NCBI RefSeq assembly: GCF_009914755.1 | Contig: NC_060930.1 | Length of the DNA stretch: 64,000 nt | Strand: one strand, 5' to 3' | Origin: the human T2T-CHM13v2.0 reference genome, Homo sapiens | Shown here: positions 28,950 to 43,710 of the stretch, piece by piece | Layout: the number at the start of each line of letters is the position of its first letter | Numbering within the stretch: the first letter of the stretch is position 1 | Notes under the pieces: model-generated | What the model was told of the DNA's origin: nothing | The model's input: only the letters and a program-made list of their open reading frames with translations | Databases searched by the model: none | Position numbers and translations under genes: made by a program

Positions 28950-29232
28950 ATGATACATGGAATTTACTGGTCTTATCCTGTTCCCCACCGTCCTGTCCTG
29001 AAGCAGCTGGCTTGCCAGACTGGTGGAGTGGCCTGTTGAAGACTCAGTTACAGCACCAGCTAGGTGGCAATACCTTGTGGGGCTGGGACAAGGTTCTCCC
29101 AGGCTGTATAAGCTCTGAATCAGCATCCAGCATACAGTGCAGTTTCTTCCATAGCCAGAATTCATGGGTCCAGGAACCAAGAGTTGGAAATGGGAATGGC
29201 GCCGCTCACTGTAACCTCTAGTGATCCACTAG
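28950..29232 (+). mobile_element. ERVL/HERV-L internal fragment (integrase region)
   Basis: PEAAGLPDWWSGLLKTQLQHQLGGNTLWGWDKVL resembles ERVL integrase HPEAAGLIERWNGLLK-QL; IARIHGSRNQ follows in another frame. Confidence 0.8.
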
Positions 29233-29496
29233 TGGGGAGTCTGGATTAAATTATGTTCCTTTAAAGGGTGTTAAATTTTGTTCTGATAGGCAGATAAATT
29301 ATGGTGGATCTTCTGGTCCTGTCAGACTTGATTTTATCATTTCTTTCGGCAATTCTGTTTTGTTGTTTGTCCTTAGTCCTAGCTAAGGTCCTGGCTCAAA
29401 CTTAGGCATGGTTCTCACTCATGAGGCATTGTTTTCTGGAGTCTCAGATGAATGCTGAGGTGTTCTGCAGGGTCTCTACACACTGGGCCAGAATTC

Positions 29497-29794
29497 TTTT
29501 TTTTTTTTTTTTGAGACAGAATCTCACTCCATCGCCCAGGCTGGAGTCCAGTGGCACAATCTCGGCTCACTATAGCCTCTGCCTTCCAGGTTCAAGCCAT
29601 TCTCCTGCCTCAGCCTCCTGAGTAGCTGGGATTACAGGTGTGTGCCACCACACCCGGCTAATTTTTGTATTTTTAGTAGAGACAGGGTTTCACCATGTTG
29701 GCCAGGCTGGTCTCGAACTCCCGACCTCAAGTGATCTGCCTGCCTCAGCCTCCCAAAGTGTTGGGATTACAGGCGTGAGCCACCACACCTAGCC
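29497..29794 (-). mobile_element. AluS
   Basis: Antisense dimer; TSD GAATTCTT. Confidence 0.95.
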
Positions 29795-30209
29795 TGAATT
29801 CTTATTAGCAACACTGTGTGAAGTCTCGGCTCTCAGCCAAGGATCCCCAGGGGATCCGTGTGTAGACTTCGGCCCAGCCCACTTTCCTCCAGTGCCTGTC
29901 CTACAAAGGCCAGCTGCTTCATCATTCCTCAACTTTAATCTCTTCCTGTGCAGCTCCATGAGACCTCCGCATGCTGCTTGCCTCCCACCATTCTGTACAG
30001 TGAGCTAGAAAGTAACCCATGCACAAAACTGAGGCACATCTTATGTCTTTCCCTGTTACCAAGGATCAGGGTCCTGCATTGCCTGTACCTTAATGCCTGA
30101 GTGCAGTTGCCTCATACATATTTTTTTTTTCCAGCTTTATCCATGTTAACAGTGGGAAGACTAGACCAGTACCAGTTACTCCATTTGGGCCAAAACCAAA
30201 CTCAAATTC

Positions 30210-30525
<316 letters not shown>

Positions 30526-31112
30526 GATTTTTTTAATTTTTTGAGACTTTATTAGCTGGCGATTCTCACGTACTTCACTTAAAGAGATGATGATTGAAAT
30601 TGTTTCTCAGGAAGGCAGAAACTATGGCATCTGAAAGGATTTTTTGGAAAATTTGGGGAAGGGTTTCAGTTTGTGTTTGGTATTTTCCTTCTCAACTCCC
30701 TCCTACTTGTCTTGTGCAACATCCAGTAGATCCCAGTAACACATTCCTAGTTGATAATATTTTAGATAATCTAATAAAGTAAATGGTTACATTCTGAATT
30801 TTTAAATGCTCTGTTGAAAGAAAGTTTTTTGAGGAAGGAGGTTAATGAGCATGGAGGTGATGGGGGGTCAGTGTTAACAGCCAGGACCACCGCCCACCCC
30901 GGCTGCTGCTGTTCTGCCACCCTGTCTCCACCAGCTCCCTAAGCACTCAGTGTTTTCACAATGGCAGGAGCAACAGGCGGTGGGGGTGGTTTGGTGCAGG
31001 GACAACTGTCCTCTTACGGGATCATTTGTTAACTAGGTATTTGCGAGGTCAAACTTGCTTTTATTTTAGGAGGCACACAAGAGTTTTATAAATTGGAAAT
31101 CCCAGCTGCCTA

Positions 31113-31508
<396 letters not shown>

Positions 31509-32427
31509 TCAATAAGTACAGTCATTACAAAAACCATACTCCATATTTTGGATATAAAGGGTGAAATACTTGAGGAATGGTGCGGAAGATACACCTATGC
31601 CACAGCAGGAGGCCTGGACAAAAGCACAGGGGACAGCATCAGGTCTGAAATCTCTCTGCTCCTCACATAAGCTATGACAGACCTCCACCTTACTGTCACC
31701 AATGGTTCTTTGAAAAGCTGCTTAACATAGTCCATTTATATTCATCACTAAGCCTTTGTAGGCCACACTCCAATGAAGACCCCTAAGGCTACGACATTAG
31801 TGATCACAACAGCCTTACCAACCTCCACTAATTCACTCAGCATTCACAAAATCAAGATTACATTGCTGTGTCACACGTGGTGCTCTGCTAGGCACTTTGG
31901 GAACTGTTAATATTAACACGTGCTCCCTACATGTAAGGAGTGTATAGACCGTAAGTTTGACAGGCTTTTGCTTTAAAACTGTATTTTGCAGATGTGTCCA
32001 TTTGGCATACTTTTCTAACAGCCAGAGATGACTGGCTATTACAGTTCCTTACAACCTGAAGATTAAGGGGAAACAAGCGAAAGCCACAGTATGGTTGCTG
32101 AGAGGATTAGGTAGATTAATCCGTGGAAAGCACTGAGAACATGCTGTTACAGAGAAGCATTCAGATATTTGCTACTTATGTTTCTATTAAAATAATACAG
32201 GCAATTCTTATTTCCCTTTGCTCAGAAGAAAAATATGTAGATGTTTCATGTTTAATTTGGTTAATTGAATACATAGAATTTCTCCATGAAATATGTTCTC
32301 GGGTAAAACCTTTGATGATCTTTCATTATATACCACCACCAAAAATTACACTAAAATTGTGAAAGAACCTTGAATGGCCACTCTAAGTGAACTAAATGGA
32401 AGGGTATTTGATTGATTTACCCATTAA

Positions 32428-32782
<355 letters not shown>

Positions 32783-33232
32783 TAAATTTCATATATATTT
32801 AAGGACACTTATGAAATTATTTGGGATCATAAAGGAAACGTATTTTTACTAAGGATGCATAATAACAGTTCCTTAATAAACTACCTTGATTACATAAAAG
32901 CATGAAAGGGAATAATGATTCACACTGTCAAAATACCCCTAAGTGATGATCCGCCACCCTCCACAATATGTCCAATGACAGAGAACTCTTTAGTTCTGAA
33001 GGCAGCTGGTGCCTATTATCTGAATATGCTACTGAAATTCTTTTTTTTTTTTTTAATTTTTCCTTTTTCATGGTTAGGAAAGAGGGTGGGTGGGGAGGGT
33101 CTGCTTCCTGAAATTCCTATCAAATGGCTCTAGTTGCAGCCTTTGGGCCTCACACCCCACTGAGATTCACCCCCACTGTCTTGCTATGTTGTCCTGTTAC
33201 CACTCCAAGAGGAAAGAGGGAAAAATCCATTT

Positions 33233-33504
33233 GGACACTGTAATCCCAGCACTTTGAGAGGCTAAGGCAGGCAGATCACCTGAGGTCAGGAGTTCAAGAC
33301 CAACCTGGTCAAGATGGTGAAACCCCATCTCTACTGAAAATACAAAAACTAGTTGGGCATGGTGGCACACACTTGTAGTCCCAGCTACTCAGGAGGCTGA
33401 GGCAGGAGATTCGCTTGAACCTGGGAGGCAGAGGTTGCAGTGAGCTGAGATCGCAGGCCATTGCACTCCAGCCTGGGCAACAGAGCAAGACTCTGTCTGA
33501 AAAA

Positions 33505-33546
<42 letters not shown>

Positions 33547-33608
33547 ATATAATATTAAAATATGTGTGTGTGTGTATATACATATATATGTGTGTGTATA
33601 TATATATA
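33233..33608 (+). mobile_element. AluS with a compound (TA)n/(TG)n tail
   Basis: Alu body 33233-33513, then dinucleotide repeats to 33608. Confidence 0.92.
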
Positions 33609-33620
33609 GAATAAAGATAC

Positions 33621-33821
33621 CTGATAAGGGCACTTCAAGAAAGGAAACAGTTTAAGAATGTCCTTCAGAGGTGTTCGGCTGCCAATCATCTTTCTTCTTA
33701 TTTCCAAAGTTTGGCTCATTCTCTTGTCAATTTCTCTCCAGTCCTTTTCTGTTTTCACGTATTCTTGCTGGAACCACTTAATATGTTCATCTAGCTCAGA
33801 ATCAAAACAAACAGCTTCTTC
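33621..33821 (-). CDS. SAMD3: SAMD3 coding exon
   Basis: gttttgcAG| ... |GTatct; 201 nt, phase 0-0; EEAVCFDSELDEHIKWFQQEY...LKLFPFLKCPYQ. Confidence 0.93.
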
Positions 33822-34851
33822 CTGCAAAACATTTTCAACATATCAATGGATTCCATGTTTCTATAAAAACTTGAATTTCAGGCTGTTATTGCACACTCTT
33901 AACTCATTCCTAAGGTGAGTATCACCATACCTGGTTACACTTGACATTGAGCATAACTAATAAATGGACAGTCTTTAATGACAATAAATTAGATAGTTAA
34001 TTACTTATCATGGAATTATAATCTATTCTCTTGAAAGATCTAAAAGAGTTACTTTAATTCCTACGTTATCCTTTTATATAGAGACAGATTATCCAGAAGG
34101 TTCCCACTGAATCAAATGTTGCTCATTTCTATGCATTTCAATTTTAGAAGATAAAATGTTAAGAAGATATTTTTAAAAGTATTAAGGTTTTGTTATTACT
34201 ATTATCTTTTTTCTTTTTAAATGCCTTTTTATAGCTGCAGTACCATGCCATATAATCCAAATTCAAAATAATAACAGTGGTTATTTTCTGATGCTAAATC
34301 ATTAAACTAATAATTTTATTCACTATACAACTGGGTACGTTGGGCGGAGTGGGGGCAGCTAAGAAACACCTCACTTATTCTTGTTGAAAATCTAAGACAA
34401 TCAGCTTTGAGGAAATAAGAAAAATATCTTTCTAGAAATATGAGTTAAGAGGACAGTCAGCTGAACTGCATGCAAATCAAAGTTGATCAACTGTCTAGCT
34501 GACCAGAATGTGAACAGATGATACCTATAAAAGACGAAAAAGGTGATAAGGAATCTACAATCCTCTTATATCAAGGCTTTTACAAGCACATAGGAAAGCC
34601 TCAGTAGATCTACTTTCTGTGAACACAGAATGACTAACAAGACCTAAACCAAGTGAAGGAACGCCTAGAAAAATAAAATTATCAAAATTAAGAAGAAGTT
34701 CCTATAATCTTATACAAATTTAGTTGGAAGATAAAAGTCTTTCCACAAAGAAAATACCAAGAAAGACTTGAGGGTTTTACAGACAAAATCTACTTAACTT
34801 TTGAAACAGAGTGTTCAAATTTATGCAAAATTTTTCAAGAAAAAGGAAAGG

Positions 34852-35142
34852 AGGCCAGGCATGGTGGCTCACACCTGTAATCCCAGCACTTTGGAAGGAC
34901 GAGTCAGGAGGATCACCTAAAGCCAGGAGTTCAAGACCAGCCTAGCCAACATAGCAAAACCCCACCTCTACTAAAAATACAAAAATTAGCCGACACAGTA
35001 GCATGCACCTGTAATCCCAGCTACTTGGGAGGCTGAGGCATGAGAATTGCTTGAACCGGGAAGCAGAGCCGAGATCACACCACTGCACTCCAACCTGGGA
35101 GACAGAGCAAGACTGTCTCAAAAAAAAAGAAAAGAAAAAAAA
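34852..35142 (+). mobile_element. AluS/J
   Basis: Alu dimer with a short right-arm deletion. Confidence 0.92.
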
Positions 35143-35486
35143 GGAATACTCTCTAACCCATCCTTTGAAGCCTCTATGACACTGATCCCCAAACCTGAAA
35201 GAACAGTGTAAGAAAGGAAAAGTGCAGTCACTCTCGTTCATGAACAAAGTTGCAGATATTAGAAACAAGGAACAACTAACTTGAATTTATTATACCTCAG
35301 AAACTCAAGGGTAGTTTGACATTGGTAAGGGAACTATAGCAAATTAAAAGAAAACATGATTGATTTACCCATTACGTTTCACATACTATCATACTAAAAT
35401 CTCAGTTTGGGGGCCACTGTTATAGAAAGATTCGGGGCAGAAAAGAGGTAGGTTTTGAGAAACGTGGTGTATGAACAGTATGATTG

Positions 35487-35930
<444 letters not shown>

Positions 35931-36132
35931 TTACTTGGATTATCTAAACATGTGTAAACGTCATATACTGCATTAATTAACTAATTAAAGATGAAAAAAC
36001 ATGACCATTTCAAATAACGCAGAAAAAGTATCTTATAATATCCCTCTATGATTAAAGAAAAAAACTTTTGTCAAAATAAGAGAAATTTTCAAAACCTATA
36101 AAGTTATATACCAAAAACCTAGAGCTAACATA

Positions 36133-36412
36133 TTTTTTTTTTTTTGAGACAAGGTCTCACTCTGTCACCCAGGCTGAAGTGCAGTGGCGTGATCACAGCT
36201 CAGTGCAGCCTCAAACTTCCAGGCACAAGTGATCAACTGTCCCAACAGATGGGCCTACAGGGCCATGCCACCACATCTGGTTAATTTTTGTATTTTTTGT
36301 AGAGACAGGTCTTGCCATGTTGCCCAGGCTGGTCTTGAACCCCTGGGCTTAAGTGATCTGTTACCTTGGCCTCCCAAATTGTTGGGATTACAGGCATGAG
36401 CCACCACGCCTG
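36133..36412 (-). mobile_element. AluJ
   Basis: Antisense dimer. Confidence 0.9.
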
Positions 36413-37391
36413 ACAGATATGATTTTTAATGGTGAAATTTTAAAAGAATAATCTTTAAAATCAGAAGCAACACAAAGATGCTTTATTAAACTCTTACTCA
36501 GCCTATACTGAAATTCTAGTCAGAGTAGTAAGACAGGAAAATAAAAGGTATAAAAATTGAAAAGATAGAAACGAAATTGTCAATATTCATAGATGATGTG
36601 ATTGTTCAAGAGAAAACTTAAAATCATGCATATGTAATTTGTTACAGCTGAGTTTTTCAGAGCAACTGAATACAAGATAAATATTCTAACATGCGCTAAC
36701 ATAGAAAATACAATTTTTTACAATTATATTTTGCAAAAAAAAAAATTAAATTGCAAAAAAAACCTTATAAGATACCTAGGAATAAAACTAACAAAAAATG
36801 TGGAAGACTTTTAAGAAAATTATGAAACTATAAAATATTAATGAGACTTAAATAAATGGATAGCCTATTATGTTCACAGCTAGCAAGATTCAATATTGTA
36901 AGAAAGTCATCTTTCTCCAAGTAGAGCTGCTGATTCAATATTTCTGTCAAAATCCCAAACCTATCAAAAACCACAATTTTTTTTATCAGAACTTGACTAG
37001 CTGATTCTAAAACTCATTTGAAAGATTAAAAACCTCAAGAATGACCAAGGCATTCTTAAAGAATAATAAAGCAGTGATGGGAAAGTATCAAGACATTTTA
37101 CAGCTATGTAAGTAAGGAAGTTGGTATTGATGCAGGGATAGATGACTTTACTAGCGGAAAACAGCAGAGCTTCTAGACACAGAGCCATGGAAACAACAGA
37201 GATGGCATCACGAATCTGAGGAAGAGAATGACTATTTTCTGAAAGGTGCAAGAAAATTTTCTATCCATAAGGAAAAAAAAAATCCCATATGGCTTAAGAA
37301 GTTAAATTTTAAGAGCAAAAACTTAAAAAAATTTAAAGAAAATATAGAAATATTTCTTATCACTTCAAGGTAAGAAAGGATTTCCTAAAAG

Positions 37392-38395
37392 TGTTACCAG
37401 TGGAGGGCCTTGACTACAAGTTGTCCAGGTTCTTGGCGTTTTGAACAAAGAATTGGAAGAAATGCACAACAAAGCCATGAAATAAAGAAGCAACAAAAAT
37501 CAGATTTATTGAAACAAAAGTATACTCCACAGAGTGGGAGCGGGCTCAAGCTGGCTGCTCAAGAGAATTTTCTGGGTTTTAAATAGCCTCTAGTGGTTTC
37601 CCACTGGTGACTCGGTTTACACCCTATGTAAATACAGGAGAGGCCCACGACCAGTCTGATTGGTTGTGGAAGGTGACCAATCAGTGGCTGAAGTTACAAA
37701 ATTACACTCTATGCAAATGTCTGATTGGTTGTGGGAAGGGACCAGAGGCTGAAGTGAAGTAGTGAAGTAACAAAGTTATATCCCAATGCAAATGAAGACT
37801 AGGCCTGCTACCAGTCTGACTGGTTGCAAGAGGGGACCAATCAGAGGTTGATATGGTTTGGCTCTGTGTCCCCACCCAAATCTCATCTTGTAGCTCCCAT
37901 AATTCCCACCTGTTGTGGGAAGGACCAGTTGGGAGATGATTGAATCATGGGGGCAAGTCTTTCTCATGCTGTTCTCATGGTAGTGAATGGGTCTCACAAG
38001 ATCCAATGGTTTTAAAAACGGGAGTTTCTCTGCACAAGCTCTCTGTTTGCCTGTTGCCATCCACAGAAGATGTGACTTTCTCCTCCTTGCCTTCTGACAT
38101 AATTGTGAGGCCTCCCCAGTCATGTGTAACTGTAAGTTCAATAAGCCTCTTTATTTTGTAAATTGCCCGGTCTCAGGTATGTCTTTATCAGCAGTGTGAA
38201 AACAGACTAATACAGAGGTACTTTCCATTTTTCATCTGCCACACAGAGGCGGGTGGGAGATTGCAAAGGGAGTAGCCTCTGGTCCTTTTGTTACCTGGGC
38301 ATGAAAAGTTGGGGTTTTCCTTTTGATTCAGTTCGAGGAAGTTGGTGCAAATTGGCCTTAGGCTTCCTGCCTTCAGACCCTATTCTCCTGCCTCA
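37392..38395 (-). mobile_element. MER51-like ERV1 solo LTR, split by THE1
   Basis: Minus strand starts TGAGGCAGGAGAATAGGGTCTG and ends CTGGTAACA; repeated CCAATCAG boxes. Confidence 0.85.
37849..38214 (+). mobile_element. THE1 solo LTR (THE1A-like)
   Basis: tgatatggtttggctctgtgtccccacccaaatctcatcttg...gactaataca; 5-bp TSD GAGGT. Confidence 0.93.
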
Positions 38396-39219
38396 GAAGC
38401 ACTGATCATAAGACAAATGATTGATAACTCTAACTACATTAAAATTGCAACCTTGTCTTTCCTTGTCAAAAGACACCAGAAAGAAATTTAAAAGGCAAGG
38501 CACAAACTGTGAGAAGATATTGGGAACAAATATAATTAGTAAAGGAGTAGAATACAGAATATACAAAGGATTTTTACAAGTAAATTGAAAAAAAGGCAGC
38601 CTCATAGAAAAATAAGCAAAAGACATGAACAGACACTTTACAGAGGAGGAAACATGAATATTTCATAAACATATGAAAAGATGATCACCCTCATACATAA
38701 CTAAAATGGAAGCCAAACACAGTACCATTGTATTCCCAATAGATTGGAAGTGGGGTGGTGGCATTGCATGGGGGTGGGGTGAGTGGAAAAGAAATCAGAT
38801 GATTAACGAGTGCTGCTCAGGGAGCTTAATCATCCAGGAAAATAATTTGGCACTGTCTTACAGAGTTGAATATCTGCACACCCTGTGAGCCAGTGAGCCA
38901 GCAAATCCACTCCTAAGTATAAATCCTTGAAAAAAATCTTCACATATGCTTCAAGACACACATACAAGAATAATCACAGCAGCATAGTTCATAACAGCCA
39001 ACACTGGAAACAAATCAAATATCCGTTAAGAAGAGAAGAGCCAAATAAACTGGTTGCCTGTCACAATAGATTAAACCAACAGGAAAACGAATAAACTACA
39101 CTCAACTGAACAACCTGGATGAATTCCAGTGACATTACATTGATTGAAAAAAAGGAACTTATCAAAGCCAACATATAGTTTTCATATCATTTTGTAAACC
39201 TTAAAAACAAGCAAAACTA

Positions 39220-39763
39220 GAATTTGTTTTAGGCTGGGGTAGTGAAGGAAAATTCGTGGAAGATGAGGAACTGATCAGATTTTAAGGGATAATAGAATTT
39301 GAAAGAAGAAAGGACAGTTCTGGGTGGAGAGACAGGAAGGGCAGAGCATGTTACGGGAATGTTTAGCAGAGCAAATCTGAAGATTGTGGAAAACCATAGA
39401 CGGCCAGGGTTTAAAGCTGGGACTTAAAGGCGATGAAATCTTTTAATTGAGGTTGGAAGAATAGCTAGGAAACTTGTGAATGCAGAGATAGAGATTTGAT
39501 ATTTCTTTTAAATTATCTAGATTTAGATATATAGAAAGGGAGAAAATTATAGGAGCAGGAGAACCAGGATAATGGATTGTCAACGAAGCCAAGGAGTTTC
39601 AAATGTAAAATGTGGAAGGTGGTGAAAAGAAAAATAAAAATCTTTAAGCTTCAGATATGTCAGATCTTCATTTACTTTCAAGCTTTGTTTGTATATGTTT
39701 TAAACTGTTGAACATAAAAATGGACTACAGAGGATTTATTCAAATAAAATATGTGCTTGAAAA
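39220..39763 (+). pseudogene. Orphan retroposed insert (processed 3'UTR fragment or L1 3' transduction)
   Basis: 17-bp TSD AAAAACAAGCAAAACTA at 39203-39219 and 39764-39780; AATAAA at 39743-39748; short A-tail; TT|AAAA target site; interrupts an old L1. Confidence 0.75.
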
Positions 39764-41297
39764 AAAAACAAGCAAAACTAAGCAATATATCCCTTAAGAA
39801 TTCATGCATATGTGACAATGTCATTTATTTTTAAAACAGGTGAATGATAAACATAAAATTCAGAATAGTGATTAGTTCTAGAGGCCTGTGGTGTTGGAAA
39901 GGCAGGTGACAGGAGAGGGGAGGAAAACTCAGGCACACACAATGGTGCAGGCAGTGTTCTAGTTCTAAAGTTAAATGCTGAGTTAACAGTGTTTATTTTG
40001 TCTCATAAACTACATATATGTTACGTATGTAGTTTTTCTTCTGTATGTCTCAAATGCATAGAATGACAATTTCTTAAGTAAGAAAACATTTTAATTTTTT
40101 AAAGTACAGAAAAAATGTTTTAATTATCTAAATGGCTTTCTTTCATCTACTGAAATATAGTAGAAGTTATATAATTGCTGATATTGACATTTAGATATTA
40201 CTGTATTTATAATGTACTACTTCCTCCAAAACTCTTACCCAATCATGAAAATAAAGTTTCTAGATAACTTCCACCTGATCAGACTGATGGGATTAACACA
40301 GTGTTGGTGGGTTGTATTCTAGACTGAAGTGATTTTCCTAATTATTAAAAAGCTACATCAGAATTTAAAATTCTCACCATTTTAATGATTTACATATTGT
40401 TAGATTTATATATTGTTAGATATACTGTTAATGATTTATATATTATTAAAGCTGGAAAGAACTTAGAAACCACCTAGTCCATGCCTCACACTTTACTGAT
40501 GGGCAAATTGAGACCCTCAAAGGGGAAGTGACTTTTCCAAGCACAGAGATGCTCAGGTGTGCAGGTTTCTTTTAGGGTATTTCCTCACTTCTCTAACAGG
40601 CTGATTTCTTTAACAGTGCACGTTGAAATGAGGCAACTAGTGAGTAAGAAATGTCTGAATCTTACAGAACAGCAGCTGGAAACAGCTGCTGACTGTTGAC
40701 TTCAAGATGTCTGTCTCAGCAGACAAAGTTAATGGAGGGCCGTGCTCAAGGAGGAATCAAAGAAAGTAGACATGAAGCACGAAAGAGATCACTTCAGGCC
40801 AAGAAATACACTGAAGGGAAGTGTAGGACTCACCTTTGAGATGTGTGACTTTAGAGGAATCAGCATAAATTAACCAGAACATTAACTTGAGTTAAAGCCA
40901 AACAAATTGTATAAAGAGCGTATGCTATGCTTCCTTTACCACACCAGTTTTGGCAACATAGAGTGTGGTCTCTCTACTCCAACACCACAGTAACCTAAGC
41001 TCTCACAGAGTTGGTTGTAATAGCAGAGCATAGTTCTAGCCAACTTTTAGTTTAAGCTGACAGCTGGAGCAGAAATAAGGAGGAGAATATTTCTAAGTTT
41101 GATTTCAACAGAAGAATGAGTCTGCTTTTGAAGTAGTAAGACGGCATGGTTAAAAATGTAGTTATAGCTTTTTTATCTCCCAGAAATGAATAAAAACTCA
41201 TCTTGACTTTTATAAAGATAACTTTGTTCTATATTCCACAATCTGAAAAAGTTTACAAAGAGAGTATCTTGTTATGAAAATGGAATAATTCTCTTTA

Positions 41298-41430
41298 AAA
41301 AAAATTTTTTAAGAAAACGGTATCTTGCCATGTTGCCCAAGCTTGTCGTGAACTCCTGGGCTCAAGGCTTTCTCCCATTTCAGCTCCCAAAGTGCTGGGG
41401 TTACAGGCATGAGTCACTGCATCTGGTCCC
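41298..41430 (-). mobile_element. Alu monomer (FLAM-like)
   Basis: Single antisense arm. Confidence 0.8.
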
Positions 41431-41625
41431 TGAATAATTCTTATAAATACCCTATGAAAAATCTACTTTAAAGGCACTATGTAAATAAAGGTTTCATACC
41501 TAAGATTGTGGACTGTAGCTTCTGAACATCACCAGCAAGTAACTGGACATACTCCTGGCTAACTATAGTGTTCTCTGCAAATTGTCATCTCACTTATTCT
41601 CTAATTACCCAAGGGGTGTATTTGT

Positions 41626-42129
41626 CTGAGCTGTCCAGTATGGTAGCCACTAGCCACATGTGGCTTCTGAGCACGTGAAATGTGACTAGCCCAAATTGAT
41701 ATTTCTAATTTTTAACAAATTTAATTGTCATTTTTATTATTTTTTAATAGAAGAGTGGGTTTTGCTATATTGCCCAGCTGGATTCTAACTCCTGGGCTCA
41801 AGCAGTCCTCCTGCATTTGCCTCCCAAGTAGCTGGGACTACAGGCATGTGCCACTGAACCTGGCTTTTCTTTTTCCCCCAGAGATAGCCCAAATTGAAAT
41901 GTAAGTGCAAACACTGTATTTCAACTATTTAGTATGCAAAAAAAAAGAATGTAAAATATCTCATTAAAAATTTTTAAGAATGATTACATGTTGAAATAAT
42001 ATTTTGCATATAGTGAGTTAAATATACTATTAACGTTAATTCCATTTGCCACTTTTTAAAAATTTCTGCTACTAGAAAATTAAAAACTACATATGCAGCA
42101 CATATTATATTTCTATTGGACAGTGTTGT
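41626..42129. mobile_element. hAT-Charlie MITE (MER33/MER3-like) containing an antisense Alu monomer at about 41705-41864
   Basis: Inverted termini gctgtccagta / tattggacagt; gtagccactagccacatgtggct. Confidence 0.75.
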
Positions 42130-43710
42130 GTTAGATACTAGGTGTTTCCTCATACCAAATCCCAGTCATCCTCATTTCCAATTCTATTGTCGTCAAGTGT
42201 TGACTTGGAAATGATGTACCCCCTATGGAACTTGAACAGTAGCTTAGCTTAGCATTCAGGCATGTGTCTCAGTCAATCAGCAGGCAGAGTTTCACCCATG
42301 CAACCTTGCCGCATGTTTCCAAGTGTGCAGCTTACTTGTAAAACTTCGCAGTATTAGTAAATATGCCACCTGCTAATGACAGTAATTGCACTCTATGTAG
42401 AATGAAATTAACTGTCAAGATTTGTCTTCAACTTTTGCTGTCTTGTTCAATTTTCTATCATGAGAGAAACATCTGTGGAAAAGGCTATAAAATAATTAGT
42501 ATTTATGCAATAAATCATTATGTGTCAGGCCTAGTAAAAAACCAACAGTAAGTGTTGTAAGATAAATCCAAAGAAACTTAGTAAATATTCTTAACATTTG
42601 ACTCACTAGGTAGTTTTTGTGCAACTTTAATTCTATTTTATTTCCAAGCCAAATAAATCTAACACACAAAGCTATTTCATAGCTTTCAAAGCTATAGGGT
42701 ATATATGTACCCAATAAGTAGGAAAAGAAAATGTTTTAAGAGAGAAATGAATTATAGGTATAGTGTTAATAATTTAACACCTGGTAGTTTATGTGGAAGG
42801 CTTTGGAATACAAGAACATCCTAAAAGCATTTATCAAATCCATGCATCAGTATCCTACACATAAAGTAGGTTGAAAAAAAAAAAAAAAAGAGGCACAAGT
42901 TAACCTCTCTAAAGAAATTGCCATGTTGTTCCAGTATATATTTGATAGAATATTTCACATCAGAATGCGGCAAAATGTTAGGTATTTTTTCCTCTATGTT
43001 TCAGACTTAGAGAAATGTCCTTAACATTAAGGTCACAAAGGAGACAATCAATTCCTAGTACTGAGGGCTTAGAAAGAATCTTCAAATAAATTAGCTGTAA
43101 AAATGAAAACTAGGTGTTTTTACTTAAAGCAAAATCATTTTTTCCTATGTTCTAAGTGTTCTTATTACAACAAATGGCAGTAACTCTCATATATTTCCCC
43201 ATGCTAAAGATAGTACAAGGACACAGATTGTAAAACCACAAGGGAGGATGGTAGGACTAGCCTGATCCTCAAAAAATGCCTTCATTGCTTCATGAAGCAG
43301 CACAGGCACAGGAGAATCACAGAGAAGTGGATCGAATGCTTGACAGTGTGTTCGGAGTCCCTGGTATTACCTGCAACAGGCAAGATTACACTGCCGCACC
43401 TGATAACCCCCACACTTTATAGTGACAAAAGTTTATCACACATATGACATGCCCACCTTGGGTCCTGCTCCTATCCCCCTTACCCAAGGACATGGCTCGA
43501 TCATCTAGAATGTTGTCAGTTATCACTAAAAAAAGGGGAAAATGAGGAATTGTATACTGGATCTTTAATGCTCATGTCACATCTGCTCACATTTCATTGG
43601 CCAGCCTTGTGACCACACCTAACTTCAAGAGGGTAGAGAAGGACAATCCTGCTGATTGTACAAAGGGAAAAAATTGGTTAAACTGGTAAGTAACAGGGCT
43701 GGGAGGGTTA

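Noticed and set aside
40381-40450. Degenerate tandem repeat of gatttatatattgtta
   Set aside because: Ordinary AT-rich slippage; not an array with spacers.
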